DNA of 64,000 nucleotides from Desulfobulbaceae bacterium (lineage in GTDB: Bacteria; Bacteroidota; Ignavibacteria; Kapaibacteriales; UBA2268). Within the stretch, counting starts at the first letter, position 1. The number at the start of each line of letters is the position of its first letter. Below the pieces are notes generated by a model. It made no database searches. It saw only the letters and a list, made by a program, of their open reading frames with translations, and was not told where the DNA came from. The DNA is taken from positions 88,868 to 152,867 of the forward strand of contig JAGXRP010000082.1 of the NCBI GenBank assembly GCA_018335795.1, read 5' to 3'. Positions 10,131 through 20,196 of this stretch are shown here, piece after piece. The position numbers and the translations under genes are program-made.

Positions 10131-11333
10131 TTAAAATTTATAATTCAAACCCCACAAGAACCCAATCTTTGAAGAATTGAAAGTATTGCCACGGTAACCG
10201 TAAATCATATTGGCGTACTCGACTCCAATCAAAACTCCAAAATTGTTTGTCAAATCATAGTTTAGCCCACCTGAAATTTTCCCTACAAATCCAACTTTAT
10301 TAGCGCCGGCACTAAGTTGGATGTATGGTGAAATTAGTTCACTTAATTCATGAGAATATTTTCCGGTAAGGTAAAAAGTCGTAAAGTTGGGTTGCTGCTC
10401 TATTATAGTCAGTAAATTCTCGTCGTCACGGAAATCAAATTTTTGGAAAAAAGTCTCTCGTCTAACTTCAATCCCTGAACTAAAGTTATCATTAAAATCG
10501 TAATTCACCGCTAACGATAAGTTATGAAACGCTGCAAATTTAGATGGTGTCGTTGTCGGTGCCGGCATCATCCAATCTTGTGTATTTTTTATTTCGATGT
10601 TCAGATTATTCCAAAAACTTTCAGATTCAAGCGGAATGTTTACTAACTCATTATCTATATCAGTTAATTTTGTATTATCGGTCGAATTCATTTCATTTAA
10701 ATCAAGTACTTGATTATCTGAACTATTGTCAGGAATTCTACTTAACTCATCAATTTGCGCTTTGTCCGATTCTGAAATTTCAGCTATTATATTATTGTCA
10801 GCCGATGCTATCAGAGGCTTATGCGATTTTTGAGATTTAGGATAAGTAGCTTTTGCCAAAGTTTTATAAGCGATTGGCTCTGTTGCATCATGGGCATTTT
10901 CAGCAAAGTAGTCAGAGAGCTTGTTTGATGCTTGATTGTTGAAATTAGATGCATGGGATGAATAAGCTAGTTCGTCTCTAAAGTTGAAATAGTTAGTGAT
11001 AAATAAAGTCAACAGAGCAGTCACGATTGTAGCTGCAATAAGCGAAGATACGAACTTCGTTTTTGAAATTCCTGCTGCTGAAGAACTGATAAGAGCGGGA
11101 TTGAGAGTCGAAGCAACTGCAGGAATCCCAACAGAACTGAAGATAGCTTTTGTTGATTCTTCGGGCACGGCATACATTCCACGATTGGAATTCAAAGCCA
11201 TATTGACCGCCAAAATGTTCTTAAATTCCATGCGAAGCTCTGAATTGGAAGCCATTTCGAAGAAAAGTTCCGATTCGACTGCTTCGTCAAAATTGCCTTC
11301 GGCAAAATCATATAAAATTTCTGAGTAATTCAT
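10131..11333 (-). CDS. Putative anti-sigma factor with TM helix and C-terminal outer-membrane beta-barrel-like domain
   Basis: Directly downstream of the ECF sigma; short N-terminal helical domain, one TM segment, low-complexity linker, amphipathic strands ending GLNYKF. Confidence 0.6.
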   Translation of the reverse strand: MNYSEILYDFAEGNFDEAVESELFFEMASNSELRMEFKNILAVNMALNSNRGMYAVPEESTKAIFSSVGIPAVASTLNPALISSSAAGISKTKFVSSLIAATIVTALLTLFITNYFNFRDELAYSSHASNFNNQASNKLSDYFAENAHDATEPIAYKTLAKATYPKSQKSHKPLIASADNNIIAEISESDKAQIDELSRIPDNSSDNQVLDLNEMNSTDNTKLTDIDNELVNIPLESESFWNNLNIEIKNTQDWMMPAPTTTPSKFAAFHNLSLAVNYDFNDNFSSGIEVRRETFFQKFDFRDDENLLTIIEQQPNFTTFYLTGKYSHELSELISPYIQLSAGANKVGFVGKISGGLNYDLTNNFGVLIGVEYANMIYGYRGNTFNSSKIGFLWGLNYKF

Positions 11334-11343
11334 TTTTTACCTC

Positions 11344-11898
11344 TCAATTGCTAATATCTTTCAAATACGGTTGTAAAACTTTGATAATCATTTTTTTTGC
11401 TCTTGTAGTCTTTACTTTTGCGTTGTCGGCACTAATATTTAATAATTCGCCAATTTCAGAGTAAGAAAGTCCCTCGAATTCGCGCAACATAAAAGGCGTT
11501 CTGTATTTTTCATCGATAAATTCGACTGCGCTGATGATGATTTCGAGTAATTCCTTTTTCTCGTACTTATCATCTGCCCTATCCACCAGCATATTTTCAT
11601 CAAGCTCGACATTGTTCTTTCGGCTCCGAATTGCATTGTAGCACAAGTTTCTCGATGTAATCGTCAGAAATCCCGGTATGTTCGTAATCGTCTTTTCCTG
11701 AGTCACTGCATTGTAAAATCGTATGAATGTCTCTTGAAAAAGGTCCTCTACCAAATCCTTATCTTTGATGATGCAAGCGCAATATGCGTGAATCATCTTG
11801 GAGTATTTAGCATACAAGAAACGATAAGCTTGCTCGATGTCTCGTTTCGAACCTTTATATATAATATCTAATATTTCGCTATCGCTAAATGAATACAT
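11344..11898 (-). CDS. ECF RNA polymerase sigma factor
   Basis: EDLFQETFIR region 2, SRNLCYN, LREFEGLSYSEIGELL region 4. Confidence 0.93.
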   Translation of the reverse strand: MYSFSDSEILDIIYKGSKRDIEQAYRFLYAKYSKMIHAYCACIIKDKDLVEDLFQETFIRFYNAVTQEKTITNIPGFLTITSRNLCYNAIRSRKNNVELDENMLVDRADDKYEKKELLEIIISAVEFIDEKYRTPFMLREFEGLSYSEIGELLNISADNAKVKTTRAKKMIIKVLQPYLKDISN

Positions 11899-12080
11899 TT
11901 TTTAATTCCATTAACAAAACTATTACAATGACACTTCAAAAGCAAAAAAGGAACATGTTTTTTTTTAAAAAGTCAAATTAAACATGTTTCAGTAAATATT
12001 GATGAACCGATTCCGTTATATTAAGTGTTAAAGTACATATTTTCGTATTTGTTTCAAAATTTTTTTTATGGAGTTGGAAA

Positions 12081-14360
12081 ATGCAACTTAGGCTAATTTA
12101 TGCCTTATTGACTTTCTTTTTACTTTTGAACATTCTCAACGCTGCTGAACAAACCGGCGCAATAACTGGTAGAATCACAAGCAAAATGACCCAACAGCCA
12201 TTGCCGGGTGTAACAGTCAGGTTATTGAACACAAATTTGGGGGCAATTTCTCAAACAAACGGCAACTTTAGAATTGAAAATGTGCCTGTGGGTATCAACC
12301 AAATCCAATTTTCAAGTATTGGTTATGAAACTTATGTACAAACTGACATTGCAGTTGGCTCCGGACGTCCGGTTTTCTTAGAAATCGAATTGGTCGAGAA
12401 AGTAATCGAGCTTGAAGGTGCAGAAGTTCGGGCATCTTATTTTGTAAAACGAATCGAATCAGTAACGAGTACACAGAGTTTTAGCTTTGAAGAAATCAGG
12501 CGCTCACCGGGAGTTCAAGAAGATGTAATACGAGCTACAGCGTTATTGCCGGGTGTAAATGTAACCGGTGCGGGACGGAATGATTTAATCGTTCGTGGTG
12601 GAGCTCCATTCGAGAATCTTTTCATTGTAGATAATATTGAAGTTGATAATATCAATCACTTCGGTTCGCAAGGTTCTACAGGCGGTCCGCTTTCTATGAT
12701 AAATCTTGATTTCGTTCGGAATGTAGATTTCTCTTCAGGTGGATTTGGAGCTAAATATGGTGATAAAACATCATCAATGACAAATATTACACTTAGAAAT
12801 GGCAGCGAGGAACAATTTGGCGGGAAGGCTACGATTTCGGCTTCGCAGTTTGGTTTGAATCTCGAAGGACCTATAGCAGATGATGGTTCCTGGTTTTTCA
12901 GTGCTCGGCGTAGCTATCTTGATTTCATTTTCCAAGCCGCAGGATTTGGATTTGTCCCGCAATATTGGGATTTCCAAGGTAAAGCAAATTATAGGTTGGA
13001 TTCAAAAAATCAGTTAACCTATCTTTTCGTGACAGCATTGAACAACGTTAAATTGAACAATGAGGATGATGATAAACGGTTTAAAAATAGCCAAGTAGCA
13101 GTCCCCGACCAATATCGGAACTTCTCGGGATTGACATGGAGACATCTTTTCAAAGATGGTTTTGCAACTGTTACTCTCGGAAATGCTTATACAAGATTTT
13201 CTACTTTTCAAAACGATTCCAATTTAGTGGAAATTTTCCGTAACGAATCCAAAGAAGGCGAGCTGATACTGAAGACTGACTTGGACTTTCAGCTTGGCAG
13301 CAAAACGGAATTAACATTCGGGAATCAGTTAAAATACGGTGCAATCTTGGAATATGATATACTTATTCCCGGATTTTTGCGCATTGATAATAATGGCAAC
13401 GAGCAGCCATTGGCTATAGACACGAGCTTTACATCCGTCAAAAATGGAACATACTTTTCGTTAAGTTCAGCTATCGGGCATCATCGTTTTACGATTGGCG
13501 GAAGAATGGATTATTACAATTTTACCGATGAAGAGCTTTATTTCTCGCCACGTTTATCGTATATTTACACACTGAACGAGCTTTCTTCATTTGTATTTAG
13601 TGTGGGCAGATTTTATCAATCTCCGTCATATATTTGGCTTTTGGGCGACCCGAATAATAAATTGAAAGCCATCCGTGCCGACCAAGTAGTCATAGGATAC
13701 GCACACACACCTTTGCAAGATGTGAAAGTCCAACTGGAAGTATTCTACAAAGATTATGCGAATTATCCGGGCAGAGTTTACAGACCACAAGCCGTATTAT
13801 CGCCATCGGGATTCGATGATATTACTTCCGACATTCCATTTGGATTGGAGCCACTTTCAAATTCCGCTACGGGCAGGTCGCGAGGGATTGAATTATTCAT
13901 ACAAAAGAAATTTAGCGAAATCCCCATTTACGGATTGCTAAGTGCAACTTACTCAGAGTCTGATTTCGTCGCTTTAGACGGATTTGAACGTCCCGGTGCA
14001 TACGACAGCCGGTTTATTTTCAATATTTCGGCAGGTTGGCGAATCAACTCACATTGGGAAGTTAGCAGCAAATTCAGACTTGCTACAGGAGTGCCTACAA
14101 CGCCGTTCTTGCCGACAGGTTCGAGAGATTTCATCCGATATAATGAAGGCGAAAGGCTCCCGCTATATCATAGTCTGGACATAAGAGCAGACAGACGCTG
14201 GAATTTCAGCTCTACAAATTTGATTTTCTACATCGACATTCAAAATGTTTACGCTCGCAAAAATGTATCGGGCGTCAGATGGAATGCACGCGATCAAGTG
14301 TCCGAATATCAAGAGTCCTTCGGAATATTGCCGACAATAGGAGTCAGTTTGGAGTTTTAA
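12081..14360 (+). CDS. TonB-dependent receptor with carboxypeptidase-regulatory-like N-domain
   Basis: Signal peptide, GAITGRI...PLPGVTV, plug LPGV...RNDLIVRGG..ENL, barrel ending LPTIGVSLEF. Confidence 0.92.
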   Translation: MQLRLIYALLTFFLLLNILNAAEQTGAITGRITSKMTQQPLPGVTVRLLNTNLGAISQTNGNFRIENVPVGINQIQFSSIGYETYVQTDIAVGSGRPVFLEIELVEKVIELEGAEVRASYFVKRIESVTSTQSFSFEEIRRSPGVQEDVIRATALLPGVNVTGAGRNDLIVRGGAPFENLFIVDNIEVDNINHFGSQGSTGGPLSMINLDFVRNVDFSSGGFGAKYGDKTSSMTNITLRNGSEEQFGGKATISASQFGLNLEGPIADDGSWFFSARRSYLDFIFQAAGFGFVPQYWDFQGKANYRLDSKNQLTYLFVTALNNVKLNNEDDDKRFKNSQVAVPDQYRNFSGLTWRHLFKDGFATVTLGNAYTRFSTFQNDSNLVEIFRNESKEGELILKTDLDFQLGSKTELTFGNQLKYGAILEYDILIPGFLRIDNNGNEQPLAIDTSFTSVKNGTYFSLSSAIGHHRFTIGGRMDYYNFTDEELYFSPRLSYIYTLNELSSFVFSVGRFYQSPSYIWLLGDPNNKLKAIRADQVVIGYAHTPLQDVKVQLEVFYKDYANYPGRVYRPQAVLSPSGFDDITSDIPFGLEPLSNSATGRSRGIELFIQKKFSEIPIYGLLSATYSESDFVALDGFERPGAYDSRFIFNISAGWRINSHWEVSSKFRLATGVPTTPFLPTGSRDFIRYNEGERLPLYHSLDIRADRRWNFSSTNLIFYIDIQNVYARKNVSGVRWNARDQVSEYQESFGILPTIGVSLEF

Positions 14361-14998
14361 AGTTTAACTTTAAGACGTATAATAACATCGAATTTAGAAT
14401 TAATAAAGGGATAATGGACTTCATCTTCTATTTGTCCCTTTACTTTACTGTATTCCGTGATTATGTAAAAATATGGTTTATTTTTTAATGTTTCGGATAT
14501 AACAGAAGCTGTACTCTCAGGAACTTGCAAAATATGGTCTGATCGCCGATAGAAATCTCGAATACTGACATTAACAAACTCACCCAGTTCATACTTAGGA
14601 GAATCCGGATCCGGTATATAATCATTGGGCTCCGTTGAATTTGTATTACCGAGTTTGGATTTCCCAAATTGAAGTTTGTAAGCAATTCTATCGAAAACTA
14701 AATCAGGTGAATTGGGTCCAAAAGGTACACCATCTTCAAGAACCAATGAATCTATTCTATAATTGAGTTGATAGATTATTGCTTCTGAAATTTGTTCCCT
14801 ATTTTCTCGATAAGTCTCATATTTCAATAAATGCGAGAAATCAAAAGAGGTATCCGGAGATGTGCGGTCAAGATAATCAGCTCCGAAATTAATAGGAATT
14901 TGAAAAGTAAATTCGCTCAAACTGTCAACAGTATCTACTACACATGAATTTACAGTTAGAGAAAGTACTGCTGATAATATTATAATTAATGACTTCAT
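14357..14998 (-). CDS. Hypothetical lipoprotein
   Basis: Signal peptide with VNSC lipobox; AGGAG RBS; co-oriented with the OmpA gene. Confidence 0.7.
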   Translation of the reverse strand: MKSLIIILSAVLSLTVNSCVVDTVDSLSEFTFQIPINFGADYLDRTSPDTSFDFSHLLKYETYRENREQISEAIIYQLNYRIDSLVLEDGVPFGPNSPDLVFDRIAYKLQFGKSKLGNTNSTEPNDYIPDPDSPKYELGEFVNVSIRDFYRRSDHILQVPESTASVISETLKNKPYFYIITEYSKVKGQIEDEVHYPFINSKFDVIIRLKVKL

Positions 14999-15014
14999 CT
15001 TTTTCTCCTTAGAA

Positions 15015-17387
15015 TTAATTAACAGGAATTTTAACTTCTACAACAACAGTACGGCAATAGAACCTACCTTCGGGTGATTCATTACTGAATAGCAAATCTG
15101 ATTCCCCAAGGCCTAAATATTTAATATTTTTGGCATTCAAAGCATGTGCGGTAGATTCTGCCCTACGTGTTGATAAACGTAAATTATAATCATCATCACC
15201 GATAACGTCAGTATAGCCAATAACATTTACTGTCGCATTATCAGTAATTTCAGATTTGATAATGTCAGTAATCCTTTTGTTGACAGGGTCGAGAGTATGT
15301 TTGTCAAAATCGAATAATATCAAATTATAAATGTTGATGATTGTGTCTTTTGTTTCGTTTTGGCGCTTTTTTTCGACAGTCAGAAGTTCTATTGGTATTC
15401 TCTTAGTTTCGGATTTTACTATTTGTTCAGTCGAATCACTAATAGTCAGAGAATAGCGTAAATCATTATAATTTTTAAGACTATTTATTTTATCAGTAAT
15501 TAGCAAATCAAAAGCAGTTGTTAAATTTCTGCCACCTTTTTCGGAAATTAACTTATCAACTCCACCAGACACGTCGAAACTCCAATCTTTCAGTGGCGCT
15601 TCATTAATTATTTGAGTTTTGAAAGTTAGCATATCAGGTGTAATTGTTCTGATAGTATCATTGAGTATAATTGGAGCAAGTATATTCCATGAAGCATCAA
15701 TCTCAACTCTACGATTTTCTTCTACTCCCAATTCTGTTTTTTCGTTCGAAGCAGTTTTGGGTGTAGTCCCATAAACTACGTTAATTCTACTCTCGTCAAC
15801 CAACCATATATCTCGAAAATAATCCCGAATTCTATCCGCCCGTTCCTTGGTTAGCGTCTTGTTGCCAACTTCTTTGCCTTTTCCGGCACGATAACCGGTA
15901 ATTTTAATTCCCTCATTCGGGAATTCCCTCAAACGTTTGCCAATTATGTTCAAGAAGTGGTAATATGATTCTAATGAACTTATGCCAAGCAAATCTGTAT
16001 AATCAAAATTATTGGCATCTTCAGGTGAATTAAACAAAATATACCTTTGGGCGACTTCGGATGAATTATCATCGAAAAACAGGTAAGGTAAGATTGGTTT
16101 CATTTGGCGGGACAAAAATTCTTCAATTTTAATTTTTTCTAATGGTGTTTCTTGAGAGTAGTTTTCTGCGTCAATTTTAATTTTGCCGTATGCTGAAACA
16201 TCTGCTTTAAGCTCGAAGTGCATTTCAATAGGCATATTTAACATTCGGAATGGGATTTTTATCTGCATGGGTTTAAAAACTGTAATTAAGCTTGGTTGAT
16301 TTAATTCAGGCAATTCGATTTCGGGTACTTTTAATGGAGCAATGTCATCAGGATTGTTCAACCAAAAAGTAACTCCAACACCAAGCATAGGCTGAGAAGC
16401 ATATGAAGCGTTAGCATTCAATTCTAAAAAAGACAACTTGTATGTCGCTCCAATAGTAGCACGAAAGTTTGTAAATGACGCAACATCAATAACTAAGGGG
16501 TCGCGATTTCGAATTTCAGGATAGGGACTGTTAATGAGTTCATCACCCATCTCACCAACACGAATGGCATTGATAGAGCCACTCATGGTTTCAAATTGTA
16601 AACCGCTATAAAGATTTAAACCAAATTCAAAGCTGTTGGTGAAATTTACTCCCGCAGAAATAGAGTTTATTTCAAATCCGGAGCCTCTGGTCATAGAATG
16701 GTAAGAGCCATGAACTGCCAATGCTTTATCGGTATTGTATTTGCCGAAAAGGTGAAAGAACTTGTCTAATCGCTGATTGATTCCAAATGCAAAGTATGTA
16801 AGTGTGGCATCTTGGACCGGAAGTGGTAGAAAGCGAAAACGTAATTGTGTTCGGGTGGGTAAACCAAAAATTATTTGTAATGATGGCAATCCGGCTAATG
16901 AATTCAATGAGTTCCCTTCCATAAATGTCACTGTTTTGTATAGTGAATCCGGTGGATACATATTTTGAGGAGCAGAAAAGACAGGAGTAGAAATGCCACC
17001 ATAAATTGTGGGTTCTTTGACATAATCTCTTTTATTTCTCGTTATTATATCATTCCTCATCTCCGATGTTTGCGCCACTCTTGTATTGCCGAACTCATCG
17101 GGCAATTCTGCTTCATACCACTTTTGTGATTCAGGAATATACATGTTCATAAAATTAATATCAAAGCCAAATGACCAACCTTCTGTTATCATAGCGGAAT
17201 GGAATAAACCCGAGTTAAGGCTCTGTTCCAAGGTAGTAAACATTGGCTTAAAAAACCCGCTTGCATTTTTTGAAGTGAAGATTTGGAAATCCGGGGTAAT
17301 TTCGATATTATCTTGTGAACGGACTTGGTATATTACACAAAATACGATGATGATAGAAGATTTCAATATCGTTTTAATGTTTTTCAT
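15015..17387 (-). CDS. Outer-membrane protein: DUF6588-like N-terminal barrel plus two OmpA-like domains
   Basis: Signal peptide; LNSG.FHSA and PTIYGG motifs; first OmpA-like domain with ENRRVEI; second LFDFDK...GYTD..G..YN..LS.RRA. Confidence 0.75.
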   Translation of the reverse strand: MKNIKTILKSSIIIVFCVIYQVRSQDNIEITPDFQIFTSKNASGFFKPMFTTLEQSLNSGLFHSAMITEGWSFGFDINFMNMYIPESQKWYEAELPDEFGNTRVAQTSEMRNDIITRNKRDYVKEPTIYGGISTPVFSAPQNMYPPDSLYKTVTFMEGNSLNSLAGLPSLQIIFGLPTRTQLRFRFLPLPVQDATLTYFAFGINQRLDKFFHLFGKYNTDKALAVHGSYHSMTRGSGFEINSISAGVNFTNSFEFGLNLYSGLQFETMSGSINAIRVGEMGDELINSPYPEIRNRDPLVIDVASFTNFRATIGATYKLSFLELNANASYASQPMLGVGVTFWLNNPDDIAPLKVPEIELPELNQPSLITVFKPMQIKIPFRMLNMPIEMHFELKADVSAYGKIKIDAENYSQETPLEKIKIEEFLSRQMKPILPYLFFDDNSSEVAQRYILFNSPEDANNFDYTDLLGISSLESYYHFLNIIGKRLREFPNEGIKITGYRAGKGKEVGNKTLTKERADRIRDYFRDIWLVDESRINVVYGTTPKTASNEKTELGVEENRRVEIDASWNILAPIILNDTIRTITPDMLTFKTQIINEAPLKDWSFDVSGGVDKLISEKGGRNLTTAFDLLITDKINSLKNYNDLRYSLTISDSTEQIVKSETKRIPIELLTVEKKRQNETKDTIINIYNLILFDFDKHTLDPVNKRITDIIKSEITDNATVNVIGYTDVIGDDDYNLRLSTRRAESTAHALNAKNIKYLGLGESDLLFSNESPEGRFYCRTVVVEVKIPVN

Positions 17388-17500
17388 TTATACACCCTAA
17401 TTGTTACTTAAAGTAATACAAAACTATCTGTTAAAAGTGAACACACAATAAACGTATAATTAATTAATATTAACTTTTAGTTGGATTTGATTTTATCTTG

Positions 17501-17574
17501 TCAGAATGATGTATTGGAGCAGGTTCTACCAAAAAAAAAGGCTGCCCATTTGGACAGCCTTTTTCGCATTATAA
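17501..17574. repeat. Direct repeat copy 1 (about 73 bp, includes a terminator hairpin)
   Basis: tcagaatgatgtattggagcaggttct...aaaaggctgcccatttggacagcctttttcgcattataa; near-identical copy at 23600-23671. Confidence 0.9.
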
Positions 17575-18059
17575 CTCGACCGAAAACTACAAATCTTACA
17601 TCAATACTAAGCTATTCGGCATACAAAAGAATATTTTGCGGATTGATAAGATATTTTAGATTCATTTTGATACATAGTGAAATTTGGTATTTAGATATTT
17701 ACGTAGTTCGTTTGTTTGTTTTTTTGTTTTTTTTTTATATATTTGAAAAAGTCGGAATTAACGAATACATATAAAATTAATGAATTTCTGATTGATTGTT
17801 AGTTAAACCGAATTGTATTATTTCTCGAATCTTGCATCGTCGCACTTTAAAATATTCAACCTTTGCTTTGATACTCCGTACTTTTTGTGATTAGACTGTT
17901 TTTCAATTATTTTTTGAGATTCTTAGGATTATATGTGACATATTATCATGATATTAAATTTTATTCATGCATCACCAGAACATATTAATTTATTATATTC
18001 AATTATTAAAGTAGGGAATTCACATTATGTTTTTTTCCATTTTTTTAGGAGATTTTATT

Positions 18060-20108
18060 ATGAAGAGATATTTGACGGCATTATTTGTATCTGTGATTTT
18101 AATCGGGTTAAGTTTGATATCCCCGGTAAAGGGATTGTCGCAGTGGGTTAGTACTAATGGTCCGTATGGGGGCTATATAAATTCACTAACTGTAGTTGGC
18201 AATAATTTATGGGCAGGAACTTCAGGAGGTCTCCTTGCCTCGAGTGATGAAGGTGAAAGTTGGATAATAACCGGAAATGGTTTGCCTGATTTTGCAGTTA
18301 TGTCAGTTAAATCAAATGAGACATTTATGTATGCAGGCTTGATGGGTGGAGGAGTATATAAATCTTCGGATAAAGGAGTCAACTGGGAGGAAATAAATAA
18401 TGGGTTAACATCCAAACCAACCGGCAAATATGTTTATGCACTTGCTTTGAAAGATGAAATCCTTTTTGCTGCTACCAGAAGCGGGGTGTTTCGTTCAACA
18501 AATAGTGGCTTAAATTGGGAACTTACCAATAATGGATTAACAAATACATTTATTTGGTTTCTTGGTGTTAGCGGTTCAAATCTTTTTGCAGGAACTGTTG
18601 GTGGGGGCGTATTTCGCTCAACAGACAATGGTGATAACTGGAGTATAGTTGCAAATGGTTTATCAAATACTTTAAATGTAAGGAGCCTCGTATCATTCGG
18701 ACAATATATCTTTGTTGGTACATGGGGTGATGGAATATTCGGCTCTACAGATAATGGCGAAATATGGACAAAAATGAACACAGGATTAACAAATCTTGCG
18801 ATATATTCGATTGCATATATAGGTGAAAAACTGTATGCCGGCACTTACGGTGATGGTGTATTTGAATCAACTGATAATGGAATGACTTGGACTCAAACGG
18901 GATTGACCGGTTTTCTTGTAAGTTCTATTGAAGATTTGAATGGAAAAATTTACGCCGGTACCGGCGGTAATGGAGTTTGGGTTTCATCCGATGAAGGAGC
19001 GACTTGGGAACAAACAACATTAAATGTAAGTGATGTAAGTATAACTTCATTCATATCGAATGATGACTTTATTTATTCATCAATGATGTATGGTGGTGTG
19101 TTCCGTTCGAACAAAGATAATATTAAATGGGAACCAATATTCTCTTACAAATACAATAATGCTGTTGTTTGTCTTGAATCAAGAGGTGATAATATTTATA
19201 CCGGAACTGTTGACCAAGGTGGAATTTATCGCTCTTCAGATAAAGGTGAAACCTGGGATTATGGTGGGTATGAGGGTATGGTAAATATGGATATAACTGC
19301 AATCTTAAGCTTAAGTGAAAAGCTTTTTGCAGGTTCCTGGGGAGGTGGGATTTTTGTTTCTGAAGATAATGGCGATACTTGGACTTTATCCGGGTTGGCC
19401 GGGAAAAGAATCTATTTCATTGAAAAGATTAATGATGTTATATATGCAGGGACTAGTAATTCCGGAATTTATATTTCAAGCGATGAAGGCCAGAATTGGA
19501 AAACAGCTAATAATGGTTTAGTAAGTTTAGTCGTGAAAAGTATTTGTTCCCAAAACACAGATTTATTTATCGGGTTAGCTGGCGGAGTTTACCGTTCTTC
19601 AGACAACGGTAACATTTGGGTTTCGGTTAACTCCGGTCTGACTAATAATGATATTTTGGCACTTGAATCTTATGATAATTATATATTTGCAGCGACTTAT
19701 GGTAATGGGGTTTTTGTTTCATCCGATTCCGGTGAAAGTTGGACGAATTTAGGTACAGAATTAAATGATGCCAAAGTTGTTAGTTTGCATGTTTCGGGAA
19801 CTACACTTTTAGCAGGAACCGAAGGATTGGGGACGTGGAGCTTTGATTTGAATAAAATCACTAGTGTCGAAGACAATCTTAGTGAAAATAATTTGACAGT
19901 TTATCCGAGTCCAGCTTCAGATTTTATTGATATTTCAAATCTAACAAATAGCACCGAAATCCAAATCCGAAATATATTTGGAGAAAGCGTGATGAGTGTT
20001 GCGAATATACTCACCCCTACCCAACGAATAGATATATCAACTTTACCTTCGGGCATTTACTTCATTCAATACGGTAAAATTTCTAGGAAATTTGTTGTGG
20101 TTAGGTAG
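18060..20108 (+). CDS. Secreted BNR/Asp-box double beta-propeller protein with T9SS CTD
   Basis: AGGAG RBS supports ATG 18060 rather than 18027; repeated AGT.G.GVF.S.D.G..W; CTD VYPSPAS...GIYFI...KFVVVR. Confidence 0.85.
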   Translation: MKRYLTALFVSVILIGLSLISPVKGLSQWVSTNGPYGGYINSLTVVGNNLWAGTSGGLLASSDEGESWIITGNGLPDFAVMSVKSNETFMYAGLMGGGVYKSSDKGVNWEEINNGLTSKPTGKYVYALALKDEILFAATRSGVFRSTNSGLNWELTNNGLTNTFIWFLGVSGSNLFAGTVGGGVFRSTDNGDNWSIVANGLSNTLNVRSLVSFGQYIFVGTWGDGIFGSTDNGEIWTKMNTGLTNLAIYSIAYIGEKLYAGTYGDGVFESTDNGMTWTQTGLTGFLVSSIEDLNGKIYAGTGGNGVWVSSDEGATWEQTTLNVSDVSITSFISNDDFIYSSMMYGGVFRSNKDNIKWEPIFSYKYNNAVVCLESRGDNIYTGTVDQGGIYRSSDKGETWDYGGYEGMVNMDITAILSLSEKLFAGSWGGGIFVSEDNGDTWTLSGLAGKRIYFIEKINDVIYAGTSNSGIYISSDEGQNWKTANNGLVSLVVKSICSQNTDLFIGLAGGVYRSSDNGNIWVSVNSGLTNNDILALESYDNYIFAATYGNGVFVSSDSGESWTNLGTELNDAKVVSLHVSGTTLLAGTEGLGTWSFDLNKITSVEDNLSENNLTVYPSPASDFIDISNLTNSTEIQIRNIFGESVMSVANILTPTQRIDISTLPSGIYFIQYGKISRKFVVVR

Positions 20109-20119
20109 ATTCTTATTCC

Positions 20120-20152
20120 AGATGTGCCACACTTTGAAAGTGTGGCACATCT
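20120..20152. repeat. Perfect 16-bp-arm palindrome between the two T9SS cargo genes
   Basis: agatgtgccacacttt-g-aaagtgtggcacatct; no U tract. Confidence 0.75.
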
Positions 20153-20196
20153 TAGTTTAACAAATATTTTTTTTCAATATTTTAGGAGATTTTATC

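Noticed and set aside
17481-17774. 97-aa ORF at the left end of the T9SS island
   Set aside because: TTG start, spans the terminator repeat and low-complexity T-rich DNA.
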